Shown here: positions 55,617 to 64,000 of the stretch, in pieces
Layout of the letters: the number at the start of each line of letters is the position of its first letter
Position numbering within the stretch: the stretch's first letter is position 1
Source: Flavobacterium sp.
GTDB lineage: Bacteria; Bacteroidota; Bacteroidia; Flavobacteriales; Flavobacteriaceae
Length of the DNA: 64,000 nt
Direction of reading: 5' to 3'
NCBI GenBank assembly: GCA_038104255.1
Contig: JAYOAM010000003.1
Coordinates: forward strand, 36,024 to 100,023
The notes under the pieces: model-generated
What the model saw: only the letters and a program-made list of their open reading frames with translations
Database searches by the model: none
Told to the model about the DNA's origin: nothing
Translations under genes and position numbers: made by a program

Positions 55617-56506
55617 GATGTTAACTTAGTGAAAAGGGTTTCCAAGCTTTGACTCTTAGAATTTAATTCTAAAATTTTTAATCCATTATCATGAGCAAAA
55701 TCAAAAATTACACCTCTCATATCCTCTGATGAGTCGAAGGTTATGTGCCATGTATTATCAAAATTATTCTTAAAGGATATAATGTTAGGTAATCTCTTAA
55801 TGAACTGTTCTTCAATCTTGTAATCAAAAGTAACTTCAATAATTTGTTCATTGTTTCCTTTTAATTTTTTGATAGATTCATCTATGAGTAACTCCCCTTT
55901 TTTTATAATAATAACCCGATCACATAAAGCTTCTACTTCTTGCATAATATGAGTAGATAATAAAATTGTTTTTTCTTTTCCAAGCTTTTTAATTAAAGTT
56001 CTAATTTCTTGTAACTGATTTGGATCTAAGCCTGTTGTAGGTTCATCTAAAATTAAAACTTCTGGATTATGAATAATAGCGGCTGCTATACCTACCCTTT
56101 GTTGATATCCTTTTGAAAGTTGACCAATTTTTTTATGCATCTCAGGGGTTAAACCTACAGTTTCAATGACAGTATTAATCGTTTTTTTGGCAATCTTGAG
56201 AATAGACGCTTGAAATTCTAAATATTCTTTAACGTACATTTCTTGATATAAAGGATTTTGTTCTGGGAGATATCCTATTTTAGCTTTTGCCTCTATTGGA
56301 CTTTTTAAGATATCAATACCAGAAACATAAACAGCTCCTTTGGTGGGTAAAATATAACCTGTTATAATCTTCATTATAGTAGATTTTCCTGCACCATTTG
56401 GGCCTAAAAGTCCAATAATTTCTCCTTTATTAGCAGAAAAACTAACTTCCTTTAACGCCAATTGAGTACCATAAGATTTTGTAACAGAGTTTATTTGTAT
56501 GGACAT
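55613..56506 (-). CDS. gldA: Gliding motility-associated ABC transporter ATP-binding subunit GldA
   Basis: GPNGAGKST Walker A, LSKGYQQRV signature, LDEPTTGLDPNQL; C-terminal LETLFTKLT. Confidence 0.85.
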   Translation of the reverse strand: MSIQINSVTKSYGTQLALKEVSFSANKGEIIGLLGPNGAGKSTIMKIITGYILPTKGAVYVSGIDILKSPIEAKAKIGYLPEQNPLYQEMYVKEYLEFQASILKIAKKTINTVIETVGLTPEMHKKIGQLSKGYQQRVGIAAAIIHNPEVLILDEPTTGLDPNQLQEIRTLIKKLGKEKTILLSTHIMQEVEALCDRVIIIKKGELLIDESIKKLKGNNEQIIEVTFDYKIEEQFIKRLPNIISFKNNFDNTWHITFDSSEDMRGVIFDFAHDNGLKILELNSKSQSLETLFTKLTS

Positions 56507-56550
56507 ACAACAAAAGTATTTATTTAATATGAACTATTTAATACGAGTTT

Positions 56551-56582
56551 AAAAAAAAAGGTTGTCTTTTCAGACAACCTTT
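56551..56582 (-). terminator. Intrinsic terminator after the M12B protease gene
   Basis: AAAGGTTGTCT...AGACAACCTTT stem with a T9 tail on the minus strand. Confidence 0.88.
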
Positions 56583-56599
56583 AATTCTTCAATAAAATA

Positions 56600-59500
56600 T
56601 TATTTAATTACTAATTTTTTTGCGGTTTGTTTGTTTCCGTTTTTAATTTTAAGCACATAGACACCCTTTGCTGTATTTTCAAATGAAATACGCTCAGAAA
56701 ATCTTGTAGCTGTGTTTGTAAACAACAATTCTTTCACCAATCTACCGGTTAGATCAAATAACTGAAGTTCTATTTGGTCCGGAGATGTAGTGTCAAATTG
56801 TAAATTGAAATTTCCATTGGAAGGATTAGGATACAAATTGAATCCTTCAAAAGTATCATTATCCAAAGAAGCGGTATCATCAATAACTTCAATAGTATAA
56901 TCTTCTACCTCGGCATCTTGACCAGTCATACAAGAAGTTGGATCTGAATTATATTTCGTAGATACTCTCATCGTTGTTGAACCTAATAAAGCATCCGAAG
57001 GAATTGTTACAGACAATGGGCTTAAAGTTGTTGCTATATCAGGTGCATTATTGGCTGTTCCCAAATCATATTCTTCGTTATCATCATCAAAATCACAATC
57101 TTGATTCCAATCTATCCAAACTAAAGTATGAACAGTATAATTTCCATCTGTATTGACCTGGACAGTTAAATCATGAACTTCATCAGGTTTTACAGTCGTA
57201 CTAATATCTGTGTAGTCACTGTATGCTCCTGGTTTTCCAGAAGAGTTGTCTATTGTATTAAAAATAACTCTTGTTGTACTGGTAACATAGGCAGTATTTC
57301 CTGTAGATGCACAGACAGAACAGTTTTGAGTAACAAATGAATTTACCGCAGAGAAGTTTCCATCTCCACAACTATTTTTTGCTTTTACTCTCCAATAATA
57401 CGTGGTAGACTGATTTAAAGTAACTCCATTATAAAAGTTTGATGTACTATTTTCACTAACCACAATAGAATTAAAGTCAGAATCTGTAGCAATTTCAATG
57501 TCGTAAGAACTTGCATTTGAAATTATATCCCAAGAAAAAGATGGAGATAAGCCTACTCCAGTTGCACTATCTCCTGGTGAGGTTAAGGTTGGAATTTCAG
57601 TTAAAGTTGAAAATACTGAGAAACTTGCATCGGCATTTTTAACAATAGCGCCTGAAGTTCCTGTGATTTGAAAATTATAAGTCCCTACGCTTAGAGACCC
57701 TATATTACTAAGTGTTAATGAAACGTTTGTTCCATCTTGATCTGCTGAATCTGAACTAAAAGATGCATTTACACTTGCCGGCAGTCCATTTACAGAAAAG
57801 AGTGTAGTTCCTGTAAACCCAAGATAAGTGTTGTATACAAAGTCATAAGTTACATTGTCAGGAGAACATACTTCAACAGAAGGTTCAGCTATGGAGATTG
57901 AAAATTCTGATTGTTGTAATGATAAGTTAGTTGAATTAACAGCGTAAAAAATATTATCATTCCCCTCCACCATAATTCTAAGTTCATCTGAATCTCCATC
58001 AGCTGAGGGTACTGAGAAGGTATGACTTCCATCATTCGCCACATTACTTGCTGCTAAATAAGGAAAAGTAAGCCCTCCATCAGTAGAAAGATAAATATTA
58101 ACAGTAGGAGTGTTTACACTACCTGTATCTGTACCAGCAACGTCCCAGGTTACCGTTTGGCTTTCACCAACATTCCAGGTTTCATTTGTAGTCTGAGATG
58201 TTACTGCAAAGGGTCCAGAACTTCCATCTACGGTAACAGTCATAAAATCAAAATCTGATTGTGGAAATTGCCCTGTTCCGTTAGCCTCTGATCTATCCCT
58301 TACAGTGAGTGCAAAATTTAAAGACCTAGCAACTGTTGATACAGTTTCCCATGAGGTATTATCTACGGTTTCTACAGGATTTGTTTCTGTTAATTGTCCA
58401 GATAAAACTCTAGACTTTATTGGCATATATCTAATAGGGTCAGTACTGGGAGGTCTAGATCTCCATACAGCACCTGATGTTTTGGTAGGACCAAAATTAC
58501 TACTGGTGGTTGTCCCTGAATCTATTTGTTCCCAAGTATATGTCAATTCATCTCCTGAGTCTGCATCCGTGGCTGAACCTACTAATTTAAATGCAGTTCC
58601 TTGTGGAATTGTGTAATCGTCTCCTGCATCTGCAATTGGTGGATTATTCGAAATTTCAGTAGAAGTCCAACAGGTTCTATTATCTAAATTATTTAAAACT
58701 TGATTAATAGTTCCAAAGTGAAAATAAGGGTCACTATGATCTTGAACGTCATTAGATCCAGTAATACCAGCATAACCCATAATAGTAGTTCCACTCCCTG
58801 GCTCATAATTTACTCCAGTACCTTCACTACTTTGTGAAAAGGTGTGATTTCCACCCATTTGGTGACCAATTTCATGGGGTACATAATCAATATCAAAAAA
58901 ATCATCCATGTTTGGACCACCATCATTATCAGTAAAAGAATGTGATGAAAAACCACTTCCTTTTTGACCATCTACACAAACACATCCTATACAACCAGCG
59001 TTCCCATTATTACCTCCATAATTAAATAAATGTCCTATATCATAGTTTGCTTCTCCTATAACAGAGGTTAATGTTGATTGGAGTTGACTGTTGAAACTTC
59101 CAGTATAAGGATCTGTAGCTGCTATAGGATAAATAATTTCTGTTCCTGAAACTAACTGAAAGGTTACTGCCATGTCAACTTCAAAAACTTCATTTGATCT
59201 ATTAAGAGTAGAAACCACAGCGGCTAATGCGTCTTCCTGCGCGTCTCCATTTGTATCATCTCCATCGTCCCAGAAATTTGTATACTCACCTGTTGTTGAA
59301 ATTGCAATTCTTAATGTTCTTAAAATTTGATCATTAGCATCTCTTGAATAAGAGTTGATCTCCTTAATTGGTATAAGTTCATTTTCAGTTAAACATTCAA
59401 AGTCTTTTTTTGAGGTTATTCGAACTCCCCTGTCATATGTAATGTAATCTGATGTATTTCCTTTTCCTAGAGGAACTGTAAACAGGGTAGGTTTATTTAA

Positions 59501-59914
59501 ATAGGAGGTCATTGTTTTTACACCCTGCGGAGTAACACTAAAGCGAATTCTAGCTCCGGGATTGTCTAAACTAAAACCTATATATGTTTTGATATTTGGA
59601 TATTTGATTTCAAAAGCTGGAGCCAACAAATGGGTTTCATAAACCTTAAAACGCTCCATATTTCCTTTTTCATCAGGAAAATTAACTACCACTGAATATT
59701 TAGAACTTTGATTTATTCTTGAGGGAGCATTAACCAACTTAGCTTTTAATTTATCATAATCTAAAGAGAATATTTGGTATTTATCTTTTTGTAAATTTTT
59801 TACATAAGAGGAATGCCCTGGTGAATTTAACTTAGATTTTTTCCAAAAATTAGATTGAGAAAAGCAAACAGAGGTGACAAAAAGCGCCGTTAAAATAAAA
59901 ATAATATTTTTCAT
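56600..59914 (-). CDS. T9SS-secreted M12B (reprolysin-like) zinc metalloprotease with FN3 and GEVED domains
   Basis: HEIGHQMGGNH metzincin motif, GTTIMGY Met-turn, TTYYWRVKAKN (FN3), DAEVEDY (GEVED), LYPNPS...GVYVLKI CTD. Confidence 0.9.
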   Translation of the reverse strand: MKNIIFILTALFVTSVCFSQSNFWKKSKLNSPGHSSYVKNLQKDKYQIFSLDYDKLKAKLVNAPSRINQSSKYSVVVNFPDEKGNMERFKVYETHLLAPAFEIKYPNIKTYIGFSLDNPGARIRFSVTPQGVKTMTSYLNKPTLFTVPLGKGNTSDYITYDRGVRITSKKDFECLTENELIPIKEINSYSRDANDQILRTLRIAISTTGEYTNFWDDGDDTNGDAQEDALAAVVSTLNRSNEVFEVDMAVTFQLVSGTEIIYPIAATDPYTGSFNSQLQSTLTSVIGEANYDIGHLFNYGGNNGNAGCIGCVCVDGQKGSGFSSHSFTDNDGGPNMDDFFDIDYVPHEIGHQMGGNHTFSQSSEGTGVNYEPGSGTTIMGYAGITGSNDVQDHSDPYFHFGTINQVLNNLDNRTCWTSTEISNNPPIADAGDDYTIPQGTAFKLVGSATDADSGDELTYTWEQIDSGTTTSSNFGPTKTSGAVWRSRPPSTDPIRYMPIKSRVLSGQLTETNPVETVDNTSWETVSTVARSLNFALTVRDRSEANGTGQFPQSDFDFMTVTVDGSSGPFAVTSQTTNETWNVGESQTVTWDVAGTDTGSVNTPTVNIYLSTDGGLTFPYLAASNVANDGSHTFSVPSADGDSDELRIMVEGNDNIFYAVNSTNLSLQQSEFSISIAEPSVEVCSPDNVTYDFVYNTYLGFTGTTLFSVNGLPASVNASFSSDSADQDGTNVSLTLSNIGSLSVGTYNFQITGTSGAIVKNADASFSVFSTLTEIPTLTSPGDSATGVGLSPSFSWDIISNASSYDIEIATDSDFNSIVVSENSTSNFYNGVTLNQSTTYYWRVKAKNSCGDGNFSAVNSFVTQNCSVCASTGNTAYVTSTTRVIFNTIDNSSGKPGAYSDYTDISTTVKPDEVHDLTVQVNTDGNYTVHTLVWIDWNQDCDFDDDNEEYDLGTANNAPDIATTLSPLSVTIPSDALLGSTTMRVSTKYNSDPTSCMTGQDAEVEDYTIEVIDDTASLDNDTFEGFNLYPNPSNGNFNLQFDTTSPDQIELQLFDLTGRLVKELLFTNTATRFSERISFENTAKGVYVLKIKNGNKQTAKKLVIK

Positions 59915-59982
59915 GTTTTTAAAGATTTAAATATTAAGGGGCAAGCTCTTCAAAGATAATTAAATAATTATCTTTACATGCA

Positions 59983-60702
59983 ATGAAAACTAATAAAAAT
60001 ATTTTGCTAAAAGACCTTGGACTAAGGGATTACAAAGCTATATGGGAATACCAAACTACCTTATTAACAAGTATTATTGATGTAAAAAGACAAAACAGAA
60101 AAGAGCGTACAACACATCCCACAAAAAATTATTTTCTTTTTGTTGAACACCCTCATGTATATACTTTAGGGAAAAGTGGAAACCTTAGCAATCTATTAAT
60201 TAATGAACAACAATTAGCAGAAAAAAAAGCAACCTACTACAAAATAAATAGAGGCGGAGATATTACCTATCATGGACCCGGTCAAATCGTAGGCTATCCT
60301 ATCCTAGACCTTGAGAACTTTTTCACAGATATACATAAATACCTTAGATTTCTTGAAGAAGTAATTATTAAAACACTCGCTGAATATGGTATAAAAGGGG
60401 AAAGAAGTGAAGGAGAAACTGGAGTTTGGATTGATACAGGCACCCCATTTGCCCGAAAAATTTGTGCCATGGGGATTCGAAGTAGTCGCTGGGTTACTAT
60501 GCACGGTTTTGCTTTAAATGTAAATACTAATCTTGGATTTTTTGATCATATTATACCCTGTGGAATAAAAGGGAAAGCAGTCACGTCTTTAGAAGTTGAG
60601 CTTGGAAAAAAAATTGAACTTAATGAAGTAAAGAAAAAAATACTCATTCATTTTAAAGCACTTTTTGAGGTTGAAAAATTCGAATCAAATATCAAATTTT
60701 AA
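59983..60702 (+). CDS. lipB: Lipoyl(octanoyl) transferase LipB
   Basis: [36 protein letters not shown] and IPCGI. Confidence 0.97.
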   Translation: MKTNKNILLKDLGLRDYKAIWEYQTTLLTSIIDVKRQNRKERTTHPTKNYFLFVEHPHVYTLGKSGNLSNLLINEQQLAEKKATYYKINRGGDITYHGPGQIVGYPILDLENFFTDIHKYLRFLEEVIIKTLAEYGIKGERSEGETGVWIDTGTPFARKICAMGIRSSRWVTMHGFALNVNTNLGFFDHIIPCGIKGKAVTSLEVELGKKIELNEVKKKILIHFKALFEVEKFESNIKF

Positions 60703-61284
60703 TTGAGAGGGTAAGAGTTTAAATGTTTTTCTGTGATACTTTGTAATTCCATATTCTTGAATTGCTTTTCTGTGTTCTTTTGTTGGGTATCCTTTATTAT
60801 TTTTCCAATTATAAAATGGAAATTCTTTGTGTATTTTTTCCATAAAATCATCTCTATATGTCTTAGCTAACACAGATGCTGCAGCAATACTCAAGTATTT
60901 AGCATCGCCTTTAACGATGGTTTCGAAAGGGACATCCTTATAGGGTTTAAATTTATTTCCATCAACAATAATATATTCAGGAGTTATTGACATCATTGAG
61001 ATAGCGCGCTGCATTCCTGTTATTGATGCCTGCAATACGTTTAATTGATCTACTTCCTTTTCATTTATAAATGAAACACCAAATGCTAAAGCATCCTTTT
61101 CTATGATGGGTCTGAGTTTTTTTCTCTTTACTTCAGAGAGCTGTTTAGAATCGTTTAATAGTTTGTTATGATAATCTAAAGGTAGAATTACTGCGGCGGC
61201 AACAACAGGTCCAGAAAGACATCCTCTCCCTGCCTCATCTGTACCTGCCTCAAATTGATATCCACTGAAATTATTTTTTAACAT
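60685..61284 (-). CDS. rnhB: Ribonuclease HII
   Basis: [37 protein letters not shown] and HRKTF. Start placed at ATG 61284. Confidence 0.97.
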   Translation of the reverse strand: MLKNNFSGYQFEAGTDEAGRGCLSGPVVAAAVILPLDYHNKLLNDSKQLSEVKRKKLRPIIEKDALAFGVSFINEKEVDQLNVLQASITGMQRAISMMSITPEYIIVDGNKFKPYKDVPFETIVKGDAKYLSIAAASVLAKTYRDDFMEKIHKEFPFYNWKNNKGYPTKEHRKAIQEYGITKYHRKTFKLLPSQLKFDI

Positions 61285-61369
61285 AGTGCAAATTAACATT
61301 TTTTGAAGACAATTATTTTAATTCTTCTCCTTTAAAAGTTTACTTTTGTTTTTACAATCTTCATTTTAA

Positions 61370-63340
61370 ATGAAAAGAATTATTTACTTCGTTTTTTTAG
61401 TATGTTTATCTACCACTTACAGCTATGGTCAAAAAGACATTCGCCTTAGTAAGCAAAGAAAAGGAAAGAATATGTCAAACTTGGTATTTAATGATAGTGT
61501 TGTACAAGACAATAGTGGAACTAAGAAAATTAATTTGAGTGCTAAAACTAAGTATACAGATTATAAAATTTTTTCATTCCTCGGAGATACTTCTTATGTA
61601 GATACAACTCTAAATATAAATAAACATTACAAATTTAATTTTTTGAGAAAGGATAATTTTGGCTTATTACCCTTTCATAATATTGGTCAGACTTTTAATC
61701 GACTTACGTACGATTTTGATGAGATTAATACTACTCCAAATATTGGTTTTACTGCCAAACAGTTTTCTTTCAATACTACAAGAGATATTAATTATTATGA
61801 AGTTCCTACCCCAACTTCAGAAATTATGTTCTTAACTACACTTGAACAAGGTAGGTTTTTAGATTCTTTTTTCACCTTAAATTTCTCTAGAAGGCTTAAT
61901 GTTTCAATAGCCTACACTGGGCTGCGCTCTCTTGGAAAATACCGCTCAGCTTTGGTGAGTCAGGGAAACTTCAGAACAACATTCCACTATGAAACAAAAA
62001 ATAATCAATATAACGTTAGAGGACATATTGCTACACAGGATATTTTAAATGAAGAAAGCGGAGGACTTACTGCAGAATCTATACTTGCTTTTACGACTAA
62101 TGACCCCAATTTTTCAGACAGGGCTAGACTTGATGTAAATTTAGATGATACAGAAAATTATCTGCAGGGCTCTAGAGTATATTTAGAACAAGATTATCAA
62201 CTTCTTTCTTCCAAAGACTCGGCTAATCAAAAAGACTTTACAAACCTAAAGATTGGTCATATCCTTGTTAGTAGTAAAAACACATATGAATTTAGACAAA
62301 ACGCTCCTAGTAATTTTATAGGTGCTACCAATTATTCTGGAAACATTAGAAATGATGTTAAAAATACGTTTTTAAAAAATCAGTTTTTTTTAGAATTTAA
62401 CTCAAAATACGTCCTGGGAACCTTCAAAGCAAAGACTAGTATCATGAATTATTCTCATGGATATGATAATATCATAAATCAAACTAGCAATATAAATACC
62501 AGGAAATTGAGAGGAAGTGCCATCTCTTTTGGTGCTGACTGGAGAGCTAAAGTGAGTAAATTTCAACTAGATGCTAGTGGTGAAATTACACCAGGATCTG
62601 CAAGGCTAGCTGGAACTAATCTTCGCGGGAATTTATCTTTCAAAAAAGATAGTCTGTTTTACATAAAGGCCGGTGTTTTGTTAAATTCTAAATCACCAAA
62701 TTTTAATTATCTTCTTCACCAAAGCACTTATGATGCATACAATTGGGAAAATGATTTTGAAAATATAAGAACTCAAAATCTAGGATTTCAGATGGATTCA
62801 AGATGGTTCAATGCAGCCGTAAATTTGACAAATATTGAAAACTACACCTATTTTGATGAAAATAATAAACCTCAACAATATTCGGAAAATGTTACTTACT
62901 TAAAAGTTAAAGCATCAAGAGAATTTATATATAAAAAATTTGCACTAGATAATACCATTATGTACCAAAATGTAAGTGGAGGATCTACTGTTTTTAGAGT
63001 CCCTGACTTCATCACTAGAAATACATTATACTATTCAGATTATTGGTTTAAAGGAAAACCTATGCAGGTTCAAATCGGTGCTACGTTTAACTACTTTACA
63101 ACTTATAAAGCCAATGCTTACAATCCGGTGTTAGCAGAATTTACGCTGCAAAATTCTGAAGATATTGGTTTCCCTACTGTAGACTTATTTTTTAACGCAC
63201 AAATAAGAAGAACACGAATTTTTTTCAGAGTAGACAACGCACTCTCTGACTTTGGAAAAAGAAATTATTTTTCTGCTCCTAATTACCCTTACAGAGATTT
63301 CACCATAAGATTTGGATTAGTTTGGAATTGGTTTATTTAG
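61370..63340 (+). CDS. Putative outer-membrane porin (Bacteroidota 'putative porin' family)
   Basis: Signal peptide, amphipathic beta-strand pattern, C-terminal aromatic FGLVWNWFI. Confidence 0.75.
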   Translation: MKRIIYFVFLVCLSTTYSYGQKDIRLSKQRKGKNMSNLVFNDSVVQDNSGTKKINLSAKTKYTDYKIFSFLGDTSYVDTTLNINKHYKFNFLRKDNFGLLPFHNIGQTFNRLTYDFDEINTTPNIGFTAKQFSFNTTRDINYYEVPTPTSEIMFLTTLEQGRFLDSFFTLNFSRRLNVSIAYTGLRSLGKYRSALVSQGNFRTTFHYETKNNQYNVRGHIATQDILNEESGGLTAESILAFTTNDPNFSDRARLDVNLDDTENYLQGSRVYLEQDYQLLSSKDSANQKDFTNLKIGHILVSSKNTYEFRQNAPSNFIGATNYSGNIRNDVKNTFLKNQFFLEFNSKYVLGTFKAKTSIMNYSHGYDNIINQTSNINTRKLRGSAISFGADWRAKVSKFQLDASGEITPGSARLAGTNLRGNLSFKKDSLFYIKAGVLLNSKSPNFNYLLHQSTYDAYNWENDFENIRTQNLGFQMDSRWFNAAVNLTNIENYTYFDENNKPQQYSENVTYLKVKASREFIYKKFALDNTIMYQNVSGGSTVFRVPDFITRNTLYYSDYWFKGKPMQVQIGATFNYFTTYKANAYNPVLAEFTLQNSEDIGFPTVDLFFNAQIRRTRIFFRVDNALSDFGKRNYFSAPNYPYRDFTIRFGLVWNWFI

Positions 63341-64000
63341 TGGTTAACTGTCTTATTTTAATTCTTAATGCAGCAAATAATAAGGTAGTGAATGGAGACA
63401 ACCAATTAAAAATTGCATAAATAAAATACTCTCCAACACTTACTCCAAGCACACCAGAATGATAGGCCCCACAGGTATTCCAAGGAATTAATACTGATGT
63501 AACTGTTCCAGAATCTTCTAGGGTTCTACTTAAATTTTCGGGAGCCAAACCTTTTTCTTTAAAAGCTTTAGAGTACATTTTACCTGGTACCACTATAGCT
63601 AAATATTGATCTGAAGCAGTAAAATTTAATCCAATACATGTAAATACTGTACTGGCAAACAATCCAAAAACAGAATCAAAAAGGTGTAACATAAAGCTAC
63701 TAATCTTAGCCAAGGCTCCAATGGCATCCATAATTCCTCCAAAAACCATGGCACATAAAATAAGCCAAATAGTTCCCATCATTTTTGCCATACCTCCTGC
63801 TGTAAATAACTTTGCTAAAATTTCATTGTCTGTTGCCACAGCAGTATCTACCGTTATTGCAGTCATTAACCCTTTGTAGGCTGAGTTAAATGTTAATTCA
63901 GTTGCACCTGCAATATTGATAATAATTTGTGGTTGAAAAAATAAGGCAAAAATTGCTGCTAAAAGTGTTCCTGCTAATAAAGCTATTAAAGGTGGTGTCT
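63333..64000 (-). CDS. nhaC: Na+/H+ antiporter NhaC family; 5' end off the window
   Basis: Reading frame stays open from 64000; LSRTLEDSGTVTSVLIPWNTCGAY and DQYLAIVVPG motifs. Confidence 0.9.
   Translation of the reverse strand, partial: TPPLIALLAGTLLAAIFALFFQPQIIINIAGATELTFNSAYKGLMTAITVDTAVATDNEILAKLFTAGGMAKMMGTIWLILCAMVFGGIMDAIGALAKISSFMLHLFDSVFGLFASTVFTCIGLNFTASDQYLAIVVPGKMYSKAFKEKGLAPENLSRTLEDSGTVTSVLIPWNTCGAYHSGVLGVSVGEYFIYAIFNWLSPFTTLLFAALRIKIRQLTTK

Noticed and set aside
1-64000. Mobile elements, prophage, CRISPR-Cas, defence systems, rRNA, riboswitches
   Set aside because: No integrase, transposase, phage, cas, restriction-modification or toxin-antitoxin motifs, and no recognisable riboswitch cores, were seen by eye.

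Overview
Gene-dense, AT-rich chromosomal window from a probably marine Flavobacteriaceae member. Evidence for this placement: Bacteroidota TAnnTTTG promoters, gldA, two T9SS cargo proteins, a Na+-type pyrophosphatase, NhaC and an exonuclease-fused dnaE. It holds about 47 CDS, one tRNA-Ser(GGA) and many intrinsic terminators. I found no CRISPR array, IS element, integrase, prophage or intein. Most genes are housekeeping (ruvC, hemW, mnmD, ilvE, thyA-folA, etfAB, pdhB, hppA, pckA, rpsP-rimM, dnaE, lipB, rnhB), interspersed with catabolic or accessory modules: a hydroxyproline-type DapA-like/KGSADH pair, an acyltransferase plus phosphoethanolamine-transferase cassette, a 1593-aa multimodular T9SS GH81 beta-1,3-glucanase, an AraC regulator with no obvious target, two VPS10-like propeller paralogs, a pxpABC 5-oxoprolinase operon with an NRAMP-like transporter and DUF2891, and an M12B metalloprotease. 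The most striking observation is that the rimM stop codon (TAG) overlaps the first two bases of the mature tRNA-Ser. RNase P processing would therefore cut inside the stop codon and leave a non-stop rimM mRNA ending in U, resembling mitochondrial tRNA punctuation. Other leads are an AraC operator/promoter/terminator unit with no complete gene in it, two microproteins missing from the ORF track, a duplicated unassigned 104-aa module in the GH81 enzyme, and a 13-bp direct repeat flanking that gene. All family assignments come from motif recognition by eye; no database searches were run.
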